This document shows positions 52,335 through 64,000 of a stretch of DNA of 64,000 bases, one piece after another; position 1 is the first letter of the stretch; every line of letters starts with the position of its first letter. A program made the position numbers and the translations under genes. The stretch is from Octopus bimaculoides (lineage: Eukaryota), in contig NC_069000.1 of NCBI RefSeq assembly GCF_001194135.2, positions 39,209,720 to 39,273,719 of the forward strand. The letters run 5' to 3'. The notes under the pieces were generated by a model, which did no database searches, had not been told where the DNA came from, and saw nothing but the letters and a program-made list of their open reading frames with translations.

Positions 52335-52892
52335 ATTCAACGCCTTCTCCGGCCAGTCAGCTAATTTCTGTTATTTGTTCTGACTTTTAACTTCATCTGG
52401 GTTTTTGGCTTCCCTATCTCTTGCTGTGACACTAGCAGCTTTTAATAAACTTTCTTCCCTATAACTTACATGGGAGTCTATATCTACTCTAGCAAACTCC
52501 ATGCTGTCTACTGATATTAACCGTCTTCCACCTTCCTTTCTAGGTAAGCATAATGTTGCTATCCCTGTCCTTGAGTCCATGCTAGGTTTTCAGTCTAGTT
52601 TTGCTAATTCAATTTTTGTCCAATCTACAAAAGCAGCTGAGCATCTAAGTAATGATACTTCAGAAGTATTCACAGCCTTCACTAGATTCGGACCATTTAA
52701 ATTTGACTTCATTAGCTTCCTCACTTTTCTGATGTACTTCTCAATCTTGGTTTTCGTTTCTCTAGTTAGTATTCTGTCAAATTCTAATATTTATACCAGA
52801 TACACCTTTCAATAATTTGAATATCTGGCCATCTGGTATTTGGATGCCTTCACTGTTGACTACCAGTCCCGTTCTTATGACTGATGTTGCAC
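52335..52892 (-). mobile_element. 5'-truncated R4/Dong-clade LINE fragment (late RT and thumb region)
   Basis: Minus reads CATSVIRTGLVVNSEGIQIPDGQIFKLL; ...KYIRKVRKLMKSNLNGPNLVKAVNTSEVSLLRCSAAFVDWTKIELAKLD; LCLPRKEGGRRLISVD...REESLLKAA. The fragment abuts a (TTA)n tract on the plus strand from about 52893. Confidence 0.8.
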
Positions 52893-52893
52893 A

Positions 52894-52932
<39 letters not shown>

Positions 52933-54107
52933 GCCTTTGCATAGCCTCTAATGCTGGAGATGTACTACAGTGTCAGCTGTTCACTACCAGTGAACGAAGG
53001 TAACACATCTTATTTTTCGAGCACCATCCGTAATATACGAGCGGTTCATTAATATTATTATTATTTTTATTATTATTATTATTTTTTTTTTTTTTTCAGA
53101 ATATCCGAAATGAACTGATAAGAAATGCGACTGAGACTATGAAATTACAAAGAGTAAAATATATGAGGTATGTGTGAAAAATTCCCTAAATATTTGGTAC
53201 TGTAGAGAGGATGAAATTGATACATGAGATGACATGTGATCTAAACTTACTTTTCACTTTGAGTGATATGAATCATTGGAGTGATCAAAAGTGATCTGTT
53301 GTTTTACATTGTTTGATCTATCCCAACAGCTATATCTATTTGAAACCTAATATTAGTTTTCAAACAATCTGATTGTTAAGGAAAACTAATCGTAAATTAT
53401 CTTGTTAAATAAGTCGATTGGAACAGTCCGTGTTGTATCAAGGACATAAATACAAACGTGCAAACACGAACAGACACACGCACATGTGCACTCACATACG
53501 CACACACACACACACACATACACACTTGTATACTCACATATCTATATTCAATACATATATGTATATATATGCATATGTGTATACACAAACATACACATAT
53601 AAAGAGACAGAGAAAGAAAGAAATGGAGAATGAGCGAGCGGTTCCAGCTAAACTATATAAAATGCCTGAAACATTGAAATATCAACTTATGAAGGAATGA
53701 ATGATGTATAAGAGCTAAATCTTAATGACATGGTTAGTTCGAGCAAATCCTCTCTATGAGTGCTGCACAAGCAATTTCGAAGCATATTGTAGTTCTATTT
53801 ATACCAAGAATACTATTTATAACAACAGTCAAGAGATAGATATAAATTTACTTCTTGTTTCTCTAAGAACAGACATAAACTTCATGTTGACAAAGAGTCC
53901 AGGACTCCAACTAAAGAGTATAAAACGCACCGAATTGTCTCCCCTTATCCACATTTCCTGTTTGACACATAAACATTCAGCCTTTTTATACACAACACTA
54001 ATCTAAAATACATGCATCCTAATCTTTCTAACAATTATCTACATGGATTACCATTGAACTTCAAAAGCTCCAAGACAATATAATGTATTGGCATATTTAT
54101 TTTTTTA

Positions 54108-54478
54108 ATATTTTTTTACTTTTTTGTAAAAAACATTATTTTCATTTTCCCTCTTCTTGAAAGTTTGCCATGCAATAAAGGCCGGTTACAGATCCTTTTT
54201 AATCCTCCTTATACACAACTATATGTAAATATACTTTCAGTTTAGCATTCTGCCTTATTATTATTATCATCATTTTTTTAATTTTTTNNNNNNNNNNATA
54301 TTTTTTTACTTTTTTGTAAAAAACATTATTTTCATTTTCCCTCTTCTTGAAAGTTTGCCATGCAATAAAGGCCGGTTACAGATCCTTTTTAATCCTCCTT
54401 ATACACAACTATATGTAAATATACTTTCAGTTTAGCATTCTGCCTTATTATTATTATCATCATTTTTTTAATTTTTTT
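54108..54478. repeat. About 180-bp direct duplication across a 10-N gap (probable assembly artefact)
   Basis: 54108-54287 is repeated almost identically at 54298 to about 54478, separated only by Ns. Confidence 0.9.
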
Positions 54479-54486
54479 TATTTTCC

Positions 54487-54560
<74 letters not shown>

Positions 54561-55399
54561 TGTGTGTGTGTGTGTGTGTATACATTTGACAAATATTAAG
54601 TTTCGAAGTTACAATTTAGTTTGTATCGTACAAAGTAAATATTGTCGCCAATTTGCTTTATACGCATGTGTTAATGTTCTTTGATCAATATCTAATCGTG
54701 TTTGAATGCCTGTACACTGGTGTGAAGTTGAAAATCACAGTGCGTTAGTATTTATGTTATGTATATTTAATATTGAATATAATATTGTCTACTTAATGAC
54801 GATTTTAATATTTCCCCAAATCCCACTTGCTAAGACGCATGTAATATCCATAACATAGTCAGCTTTGCAATGCAGGTCTATTATTTCGCAGTATATAATT
54901 ACTAATTGAACATTCTATATTTAATGAACACTTTTATCTTCTTCCCGTTGGTTTGAAAGATTTTCATTTCATTATCCAGATATTCATTGTTGAAGTTTCA
55001 TTGTAGATTTACTTTCACTTTCATAGTACAAAGTGGAACTATTCTTCTTATCACTTTTCGATTGCAACATATGTCAAGTACATCAATAATACGTTTCTCA
55101 TACAAGTCTACCTCACTATCCAATCATTAACAGGCATGAGTTCCCCCGAGTTTCCTATACTACTCCGCTATTTCATCTATATAACAATTATTGCAGAAAG
55201 AAACTCACACGATATTGTCTTAGCAAATATGTGTTACTCTCACTTGTCGTAGGAATATTGCTAATCTCTTTTTCTTTTATTGTTTATTATTTCTTTCTTT
55301 TATTGATCTGTGACCATGATGGGGCACCGACTTGAAGAATTTCTAGTCGAATGCATCGAACCCAGAACATTTTGCTTAATCCTGATACTTATTCTATTA

Positions 55400-55700
55400 A
55401 CTGAACAGCTAAGGTAAGGGTGTGTCAACACCCTAACAACCAGTTGTCAAGCCGCGTGGGGGGAACACAGACACAAACACACACATGCATATATATGTAT
55501 ATATAATATATATATATATATATATTAACGACGGGATTCTTTTAGTAGTCTAGCGAATCTACTCATGAAGCGCTTTGGTCAGCCCGGGGCTAGAGCAGAA
55601 GACACTTGTCCAAACTCAGTGGGACTGAGCTGTAAACCATGTGGTTGGGAAGCGACCTTCTTAGTACATAACCATGTCAGCACCTATGTTACAGGACGTA
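55400..55700 (-). mobile_element. Older family B-like SINE
   Basis: Reverse-complement similarity to the family B body and CORE (gctttggtcagcccggggctagagcagaagacacttgtcc). Confidence 0.6.
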
Positions 55701-55839
55701 AACAAACCAAAGGCAGGTTGTTAATTGATGCGGCACCATTACTGACACAAATACACACATACGCGCGCGCACACCTATATGTATGCATATGAGTATGAGA
55801 ACGGGTTCCATAGTTCCTTTTATACACAATTTTCATAAA

Positions 55840-56240
55840 GGCGCAGGATTGGTTGTGTGGTAAGTAGCTTGCTTACGAACCACATGGTTCCGGGTTCAGT
55901 CCCACTGCGTGGCACCTTGGGTAAGTGTCTTCTACCATAGTCTCGAGCCGACCAAAGCCTTGTGAGTGGATTTGGTAGATGGAAACTGAGAGAATCCCGT
56001 CGTATATATGGATTTATGTGTGTGTGTTTGTGTGTCTATTTGTCCCCCCAACATCGCTTGACAACCGATGCTGGTGTGTTTACGTCGCCGTAAAATGGCG
56101 GTTTGGCAAAAGAGGGTGATAGAGTAAATATTAGTCATACAAAGAATAAGTCCTGGGGTCGATTTTCTCGACTAAAGGTGGTGCTCCAGCATGGCCACAG
56201 TGAAATGATTGAAGCAAGCAAAAGAGTAAAAGAGAATAAA
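55840..56240 (+). mobile_element. Full-length tRNA-derived CORE-type SINE (family B) with internal microsatellite
   Basis: Head ggcgcaggattggttgtgtggtaag (A box) and ggttcagtccc (B box); CORE-like ggcaccttgggtaagtgtcttct; internal (TA)/(TG) tract; 3' tail ...ccagcatggcc...aaagagtaaaagag. Octopus OR-type SINEs are known CORE-SINEs. Confidence 0.85.
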
Positions 56241-58299
56241 CTATAGGTTGATCGAGGATTAAAGTAGAAGTCATTTGCACAAAGTGTCGCGCCCTGAACC
56301 GGAATCCAAAACCACGTTGTTGCAAAGTAAGTTTTTTCACTACTCATAATAAATTACATTTCTAAAAACATATGGTGTTGTATGTACCGGAGTTTGTCAT
56401 ATTCATATATGAATGACGTGTAAGGCAGTGATTGGCTGAACCTTTAGCACGCAAGGCAATTCGCGGGGCAAAAAGGAAAAATCCTCAGTTCTCAGTTCAA
56501 ACATCTTCTGAGGTCGACTTTACCTGTTATCTTTTCGTGGTCTATGAAATAAGCCTTGGTTGAGCTCTGTGGTCGATGTAAACGACTTACACTTCCCCCC
56601 GATGAAATGACTGAAACCAATATATTAACAATGTGTATGTTCATGTCAGCACGCAAATATATTCGTGGGATAATTTTGATTAAGGCAGTATCTTCACTAT
56701 AGTAGCAGCCTTTTTACGAGTTCCTTGTAATTTCTAAAATTGATTTTAATACAAATCATAGCGAGTACACGCATAGGAATTCCATACCCTAAGTTATCTA
56801 GTAACATTCGAGAATATGCCTACTGGAAAGAACGCAAGGTCCTACACTAAATGACATTATTGAATATTTGAATTCCTATGCGTATAGAATATATTTAAAC
56901 AGGAAATTGAAATGATCCATATATGTATTTCATTTCAAATATTGAATTTTGTTTTAATTTCCACATTTAATTTTAGCCGAGTAAATGTTAAATGTTAAAC
57001 TTATTGATTACTAAAGAATTTTCGATAAACTTAAAATTAAATTGCACAAGCCTAATTTTGTTATATCTTCATGCATTCTATATTATTGTAATGTATTGCT
57101 TCTTGCCATGGTTGTTGTACAGTGTCATTGAAATCATATGTCTGCACTGATGGTGCATATAAATGCATATATTTATTTGTAACATTTCATTAAACGTCAA
57201 GCGAGCAATGCCCATGGCATTTTGAGATTAACGGGGACTTTCTTGTCATAAGGTGCAGCATAGTTGCAAAGCTTGTTACAGGATGACACTCGCTAATTTG
57301 TATATAAAGTGCCTCTTTATAGCCACTGTATGTCATTTGCAACTGTTTCTAATTCTGTGTGAGTGTGTGTCCTTGCGCGCAGCTTATATCTCACAATAAA
57401 TGGGGAAGTATTGTTAAATAAACGAAACTTTCTTTTATTTTTCTTGGTACATATAAATTTCCTTGCCTAAACCCACATAATAATGCTTGTATTTTTTTGT
57501 ACATTTCGGAACATCCAAAACGTATTTCTATTATTATCTTTATCATACTAGAGAATAATTGTGCACATACATGTCCTCATATTATAATATACATGGGGTC
57601 TTATATTGATAACTATCCCGTTATTTTTGTCTTTACTACTAATGCGAAATTTCTTCTCTTTGATCTTCCTTTGGCATTTGGATCCAATATGCTATGTCCA
57701 TCTATTCCATTTTCTATATCACAATTATTTTTGCCGGAGAGTTTGAAATAACTAGTTGTTCTTCACAATTTTAAAATGTTCTGACATATTCCTTCTTGTG
57801 CACGTTTAATTCATCTATACCCAGTAATAGCAAAGACAAAATTTCTTTTCTAATGCCCGAAGCAATATACGGGTTATTTGTTATTTTATTTCTGTGTAGT
57901 CGTTATGCCTATATGTAATGCAACCTGCATCTCTTGTACTCTTACGTCTTACGGTGTGGAATATAATTAAATTCCTCCTTACTTTATTTTGTATGCGTAA
58001 CTACGTGAGGTAGATGTTAATTGGATCTTGTAAGGTATGTCTTTAGTTCGCAATGAGATTTCGGTTTTGAAAAGCACATAGTTTTCAGTTAGTCAGTAAA
58101 ATATATTGCCTTCTTATGTATTAATAAATGAATAATAGAGTAACATTTGGTTTTATACATCAATCACATCCATTCTTTATACAAATATTTTTGAGCTATC
58201 CACAATTGCCTTTTTTGTGGTCATTTCTTCTTAGCGTTCCTGTATGAATATATTAATATAATTTTCTTTTTATTACAGTGCAGGTTTCTTTCAATGTTT

Positions 58300-59100
58300 T
58301 CATTCGTTTATGCTTGATCTTGCATCCCAGCGCTATATTAGCAGTTTTTTCATTCCATTTTCATTAATGCCTTCTAGAATATTTATAATTTTGTACTTTT
58401 CATCTATAGACTTCTGTTATATAAAGATAGCCTATTTTGTACAGCTTACTACGTACATGTTTCATATATGAATTACCCTTTGAAGAAGAATAATAAAGAA
58501 TTAAATTATTTGTTATTATTCTTGTCTTGCAATTTGTTCTTTCTTCGCCATCGTTTTTTTTTTTCTTTTTTCCTTTCGTAGATTGTTTATCTTTCAAGAA
58601 CCGAGTAGTGTTTTCTTTTGCCAATATTTCTTATTTCTTGATGAACACATCACATTTTGTTTGTTCCTTGCTCAAGTATGATCCGATTTTTTTTTACGCT
58701 CTTGTCTTCTGACAAGCCATATAAAGCATACCAGCAACACAATATGTAGCTTTTACATGAGACAAATCGACATGTTTGTACTTTCTATGACTCGTTTTGA
58801 AGATTCGATAACTAATTTAATTATTTCACAATATTTGTAGGTGGAAAGTAATTTTCGTCTTCGGTGGTTTTCAACGTGGAGAGATTTCTCAGTTGATATG
58901 AATAATTTCTCAAAACACTTAATATACTCTTTTCATTTATGATGCTATTTCTAGTTGTTTTTCTTGGTGTTTTGCTTCTTGTTTACCTCCGTTCACTGAA
59001 ATGAATTTCCCACTTTTTGTAGTCGTTCTGTTTTTTCTTTTTTGTTCTTCTGGAAACCCTACTGAATATCTTGTCGCATCATTATTCTGTTTATTTGCGG
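58300..59100 (-). mobile_element. Decayed LINE remnant, possibly R4/Dong
   Basis: The minus read includes QNRLSLYNRSL (compare QNRLF..N...FY); purine-rich minus strand with many stops. Confidence 0.3.
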
Positions 59101-59480
59101 AGGGTTACGTCTCAAACCGATGCATAAATGAGAATTTATGAAATAATGAGATTTCAGCTGTCATACATTTTTTCAGTTCATTCAGCTTTTCATCTATAAT
59201 TAGACAGTTTTGTTGGATTTATTCCTGCTTCTTAATACATTCATACGACGTACGTAGCTTTGCTTGCCTTATACAAGCCACTCATAGTGCCACTGAATTC
59301 ATTATGCTTCTATTTCAGGATATCATATTTTCCTCGTTATTCTCTCTCTGCTAAGATACGTGTAGGCCGATATTGTATTTTCTATATCTACACCTGATGC
59401 CGTATACTCCAATATTCAGCATCTATTTTTATGTTCAGACAATAATGTAAAATGACATATTCCATGTCAGGTGTTATACA

Positions 59481-60200
59481 ACGTGGACATGACACAGCGT
59501 ATATAAAATTCAATATTTGAAGACATTTATTTACATTTGATTTGAAATCAGGAGACAATTCTGTCAATGGTCTTTCAGTGAATAGGTGTCGAGGGATATT
59601 GCTATAAACGATAGACGAACGCATGTGTGGGCATGTCTCATTGAAATAGAAATGCAAATGATTTTCTTGACTTTGCTCTTGCCATATGAAACGAGTAAAA
59701 TATGTACTAGGAGCGTTGTCACGATCTTCGTAGATACCTGAATATCGTGTCAATAATTGATAAACCGTTGGTATTTGGAGAATTGTGTGCAAGGGTGACG
59801 GGTGGTAATTTCCAATTAGGGAACTGAGTTTTTTTGTTCTGATAAGGTAATTTCACCTTTCAGATAAAGTAATTTCAATTCCTGCTAGATCTGTGCTTTA
59901 GGTAATGTAGCCGTGGAAAAGAAATTTTCCAGTTCCTTGATAAGTGGGATTACTGCCGGTTTCATCTGAGGTGAAAGCGAGAGTAACAGTTGGACTACTT
60001 ACTTATTCGCAGCAACAGCATAGCAAGTATATAGAACGTCGGAAGGCGGTCTGATTTCCTGACGGAGAAAATTCTCTGTAAAATGAACGGGAAAACATTT
60101 GGTAGAATTTAGCCCTTCCTCAAGTACAATGTGAAATTACCACAAATATGAGCAGCCAGTTAAAAGTTCTACCGAGCCCATTGATCTAGCAGATACGTAA
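59481..60200 (-). mobile_element. Penelope-like element ORF remnant (linker and start of the GIY-YIG region)
   Basis: The minus read NETCPH...FKSNVNKCLQILNFIYAVSCPRC resembles the Cys-containing linker and C..xNLIY.I.C..C start of PLE GIY-YIG domains. It breaks off exactly at a 22-nt direct repeat, before the expected YIG. Confidence 0.5.
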
Positions 60201-60329
60201 AGAACCAACTTGCCTTCTCCAGAAAATGAACCCTTGGAACATTTAGATCTATTCTATTTAAAAGAAAACAAAGGACATGTAGGAATTTACATATATATAT
60301 AAATTTTATATATATATACATATATATTA

Positions 60330-60471
60330 TTGTATTTGGGGATGGTCATATTGCCAGTTTAGCCAATAAAAACACACGCACTGTATATTTGGTGTTAATT
60401 CCATGTCAGGTGTTATACAGTGCGTGTGTTTCTATTGGATAAACTGGCAATATGACCATCCCCAAATACAA
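60330..60471. repeat. Near-perfect 58-bp inverted repeat with a 26-nt spacer
   Basis: Arms 60330-60387 and 60414-60471, two mismatches. Confidence 0.95.
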
Positions 60472-61439
60472 CAACATCTGTTTCAACACACGATTTCACA
60501 TCAAAAATATTTCAAAACAAATATATAAACGGAATATACACATATATATATATATATATCGTTCATAATATGTCACACATATATCAGAATTCCAGGAAAA
60601 TATGGTTTAGTCTTCACACACCAGCCTAACACTCACTTCTACCTATTTTCTCCTGCAATCGCAGTACCATCATTAAATGACTGCCATTTAATCAATATTC
60701 CAAATAACATATGCTGCTTCTGAAGTGTTCATTTTCCATACATTTGATATTTTGGTATGTATAGATAAGTACCAATTATAATTAATTCGTAGTTGTCAAC
60801 TAGAATCCATATGCTCATTGTCCAGCGTAAGAATGATACAACTATTTATATTTATTCTTATGAGTGCAAATATCGGATGGATTGCTACTTTGGAATAATG
60901 CTTAATTAGACGAATATATTTCAACAACTGCTTTGAATTCCACTTTTCCATTCATGATTAGTTATACGACTGCACCTTCTTGTTTCATGTTGCAAATAAT
61001 AATTGTGAAGATATATATAATCCAATAAACTCCCCGTGACGAGTCTCACACGTTGATGTAACCACAGAGCTTCCCAACTGCGTCCTATACTTTTGGCAAG
61101 TGTTCTCTACTACAGCCCCGTGTCAACGAAATCCTACACGGTTTTCATCCAAGGATAGTGCCCCTTGCTTTATTGTTCTCTTTATGAAACTTTCTGTGAA
61201 CTCCAGAGACATTTCACGAGATATTTGGTGCTTCCATCCAAAATGGTGTCGGACACGGTCTCTCCATGTGATCACCTTGGAAAATGTTTAACTTGAAACC
61301 AATGGTATCCTTAATGCACAAATAAAGAAACTGTACCGACCAATGCCACGTTGAAACCTCATTCTCATTGGTTAGCATTTACGTATATGTAATATGTGTG
61401 TGTATATGTTTGTGGGTGTGTGTGTGTTTGTGGGTGCAT

Positions 61440-61785
61440 GTGTGTGTTTGTGTGTTTGTGGAGCTGCTATGGCCCAGAGATCGCCGTTTCGATTGAGCGA
61501 AAACACCTAAAGCTCCACGTGGTACCGGCAGTGGGTGGTGGCGAACCCTGCCGTATTCTTTCACCACAACTTTCTCTCACTCTTTCTTCTTGTTGCTGTT
61601 GTACTTGTATTTCAAATGGCCAGCCTTGTCACACTCTGTTTCACGCTGAATCTCCCCAAGAACTATGGTAAAGTTTACACGTGTCTGTGGAGTGCTCAGC
61701 CACTTACACGTTATTTAACGAGCAGGTTGTTCCGTTGATCGGATCAACTTGAATGCTCGCCGTCGTAACCGACGGAGTACCACGA
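61440..61785 (+). mobile_element. Retroposon 3' portion ending at (TA)n and a gap (SINE/LINE shared tail)
   Basis: GC-rich block ...gtggagtgctcagccacttacacg...ccgttgatcggatcaac...cgtaaccgacggagtaccac terminating at a simple repeat; its gtacttgtatttcaa segment resembles the end of the family C head. Family link is inference. Confidence 0.55.
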
Positions 61786-62085
61786 TATATATATATATAT
61801 ATATANNNNNNNNNNNNNNNNNNNNNNNNNNNNNNNNNNNNNNNNNNNNNNNNNNNNNNNNNNNNNNNNNNNNNNNNNNNNNNNNNNNNNNNNNNNNNNN
61901 NNNNNNNNNNNNNNNNNNNNNNNNNNNNNNNNNNNNNNNNNNNNNNNNNNNNNNNNNNNNNNNNNNNNNNNNNNNNNNNNNNNNNNNNNNNNNNNNNNNN
62001 NNNNATATATATATATATATATATATACAATATTTATTAAAGGCTGTAAAATCTTCACATACTGTTACTCAGGCACAAAACGCAG

Positions 62086-62136
<51 letters not shown>

Positions 62137-62706
62137 CAAACACATGCACACACATGTATGTGTGTTTGTATGTGAAGATTATATGTATGCAGTAATGGCT
62201 ACACGTATACAATACAGCTCATAAGCAGATACATAAACGCGTGCTCACACACTCTTATAAACAGATGTATACACATCAACGTGGGATAAATTTACTTACT
62301 GCTATGCTAGCATAAATGCAAAATTGCGAACATTGTTAGGCGCGAACGCGAAATTGAATTCTTGCGATTGCAACGATGAAGATGTGATATTAGAATATAA
62401 AACATATGAAATATATGTATATTGTAAAATGTAAGCACACCTAAGTTCAATGATATACACAATAAACCCTTTGGTCTGCCAACATCACGACAAAGCCTTC
62501 ATGGCGTATATTGTTGCAGCCGTTATCACAGCTATACACTTGTAAATATATCGGGAACTATATAAAGCTACACATTTAACTTACTAACCTGACTCTGATC
62601 TGTCTCTCTTTCTTTCTCTCTTTCTCTCTGTGTCTCCAAACAGAACAAAACACCATTTGCTGGCTTAAATGTTTCATACGCTTGTCTATACATATACACA
62701 TGCACA

Positions 62707-62755
<49 letters not shown>

Positions 62756-63025
62756 ATATATATACTTATATATATATGTGTATNNNNNNNNNNNNNNNNN
62801 NNNNNNNNNNNNNNNNNNNNNNNNNNNNNNNNNNNNNNNNNNNNNNNNNNNNNNNNNNNNNNNNNNNNNNNNNNNNNNNNNNNNNNNNNNNNNNNNNNNN
62901 NNNNNNNNNNNNNNNNNNNNNNNNNNNNNNNNNNNNNNNNNNNNNNNNNNNNNNNNNNNNNNNNNNNNNNNNNNNNNNNNNNNNNTATATATATGTATAT
63001 ATATATATATACATATATATAAGTA

Positions 63026-63061
<36 letters not shown>

Positions 63062-64000
63062 TATGTATATGTATATGCATAATGTGGAGCTTTGCTTTGT
63101 CATGATGGAAAATATAGATTTTTCTATAATACTCTTTGGCTTTGTTATAACAATGATATTTAAAGAAACTCCACAAATATGACAGAAATGCATTCCAGTT
63201 TCAAATAGTTGCCAGTCCTATTGTGCAGAACACCTTATTGAATTTAGCGCATTGTGATAGGCATGAATCAGAGTTTGTTCTCTCCATGCATCGCTATATA
63301 TGTGTGTGTGTTTATCTATATAAATGTATGCATCTATATAGGTGTGTGTGTGTGTATTTGTCTATATATGTATGCATGTATTTGTGTATTAGATTTCATT
63401 TTGCACTATTTTCAGAAAACCCGCGCGTAGAGATATTGTAATAATGAAGTTATTGTCCGATATATTATTTTGAGATGGAATCAATAGAACAGCGTAGAAA
63501 CCTATATCTATTTTCTTTAACCGCTGTTTTAGTATTAGTATTTTCATTATGCCACTTTTGTACTTCGGTATTCCATTATATACTTTGAGAAAAAGGTTAA
63601 TTGGAATTCTAAACGCCACGAAGGCACAACACACAGATGAGGATATAAATATTTGAATACTTATGTTCGTTCATCGAGTAAAATAACTGAAATAGGTTAC
63701 AGAAGGGACTTATAAATGTTTGGTTAAAATGGCTACGTATTACGCAGATAACACGTCCTATATTGTTTTATATTGCTAATGCTGATTCTGTTTCTATTTC
63801 TAATTTTAAACGTGTTATGCCTGTATACCTTAGATATTTCTCACAAAATAAAACACGTAAAATGTATGTCTGCTGCTGTAACTGCTGAAACTGTTCCACT
63901 TAAAAGTGAACTTAGGCTTGTGCTTCAATGCTTGTGTTGTTCCTACAATTTTTGGTATTGGTGTAGCAAGCCAGCGGAGAGTTCTCAGTGGATACTAGAC

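Noticed and set aside
52501-52815. 104-aa plus-strand ORF
   Set aside because: Antisense to the R4/Dong remnant.
54108-54478. Apparent recent tandem duplication of about 180 bp
   Set aside because: The copies abut a 10-N gap, the signature of unmerged overlapping contig ends; treated as an artefact unless long reads confirm it.
55840-55915. tRNA gene
   Set aside because: A and B boxes are present but run into a SINE core; no complete cloverleaf or Pol III terminator. The same applies to the other SINE heads.
61000-61330. RTE reverse transcriptase remnant (…SLDENRVGFR…)
   Set aside because: Only one short motif resembles RT; too weak to call without an alignment.

Overview
AT-rich, microsatellite-dense animal genomic DNA from a short-read assembly. 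It has 15 N-gaps, almost all flanked by simple repeats. The SINE repertoire (CORE-type and a second tRNA-derived family) suggests an octopus or other coleoid cephalopod; this is inference, not a database hit. Almost all of the supplied ORFs are artefacts of microsatellites, gaps or decayed transposons. The one credible host gene signal is a minus-strand first coding exon at 5591-5737. It encodes a basic N-terminus plus a Gly-periodic signal-anchor helix and ends at a GTGAGT donor; a possible partner exon lies at 753-833. The rest is a layered mobile-element landscape: more than 25 tRNA-derived SINE copies (two with exact 16-bp TSDs, and a five-copy head-to-tail array), a full-length decayed mariner with TIRs and TA TSD, a mariner MITE, two DD37D-type Tc1/mariner fragments, several R4/Dong LINE remnants tied to (TAA)n tracts, and Penelope-like remnants. 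Two Penelope-like terminal repeats carry a variant minimal hammerhead ribozyme motif. There is no CRISPR array, rRNA or true tRNA gene. No wholly new multi-gene system is supported; the best leads are the small or type II membrane-protein gene with a SINE next to its start, the hammerhead variant, and the inverted repeat tied to a Penelope fragment.
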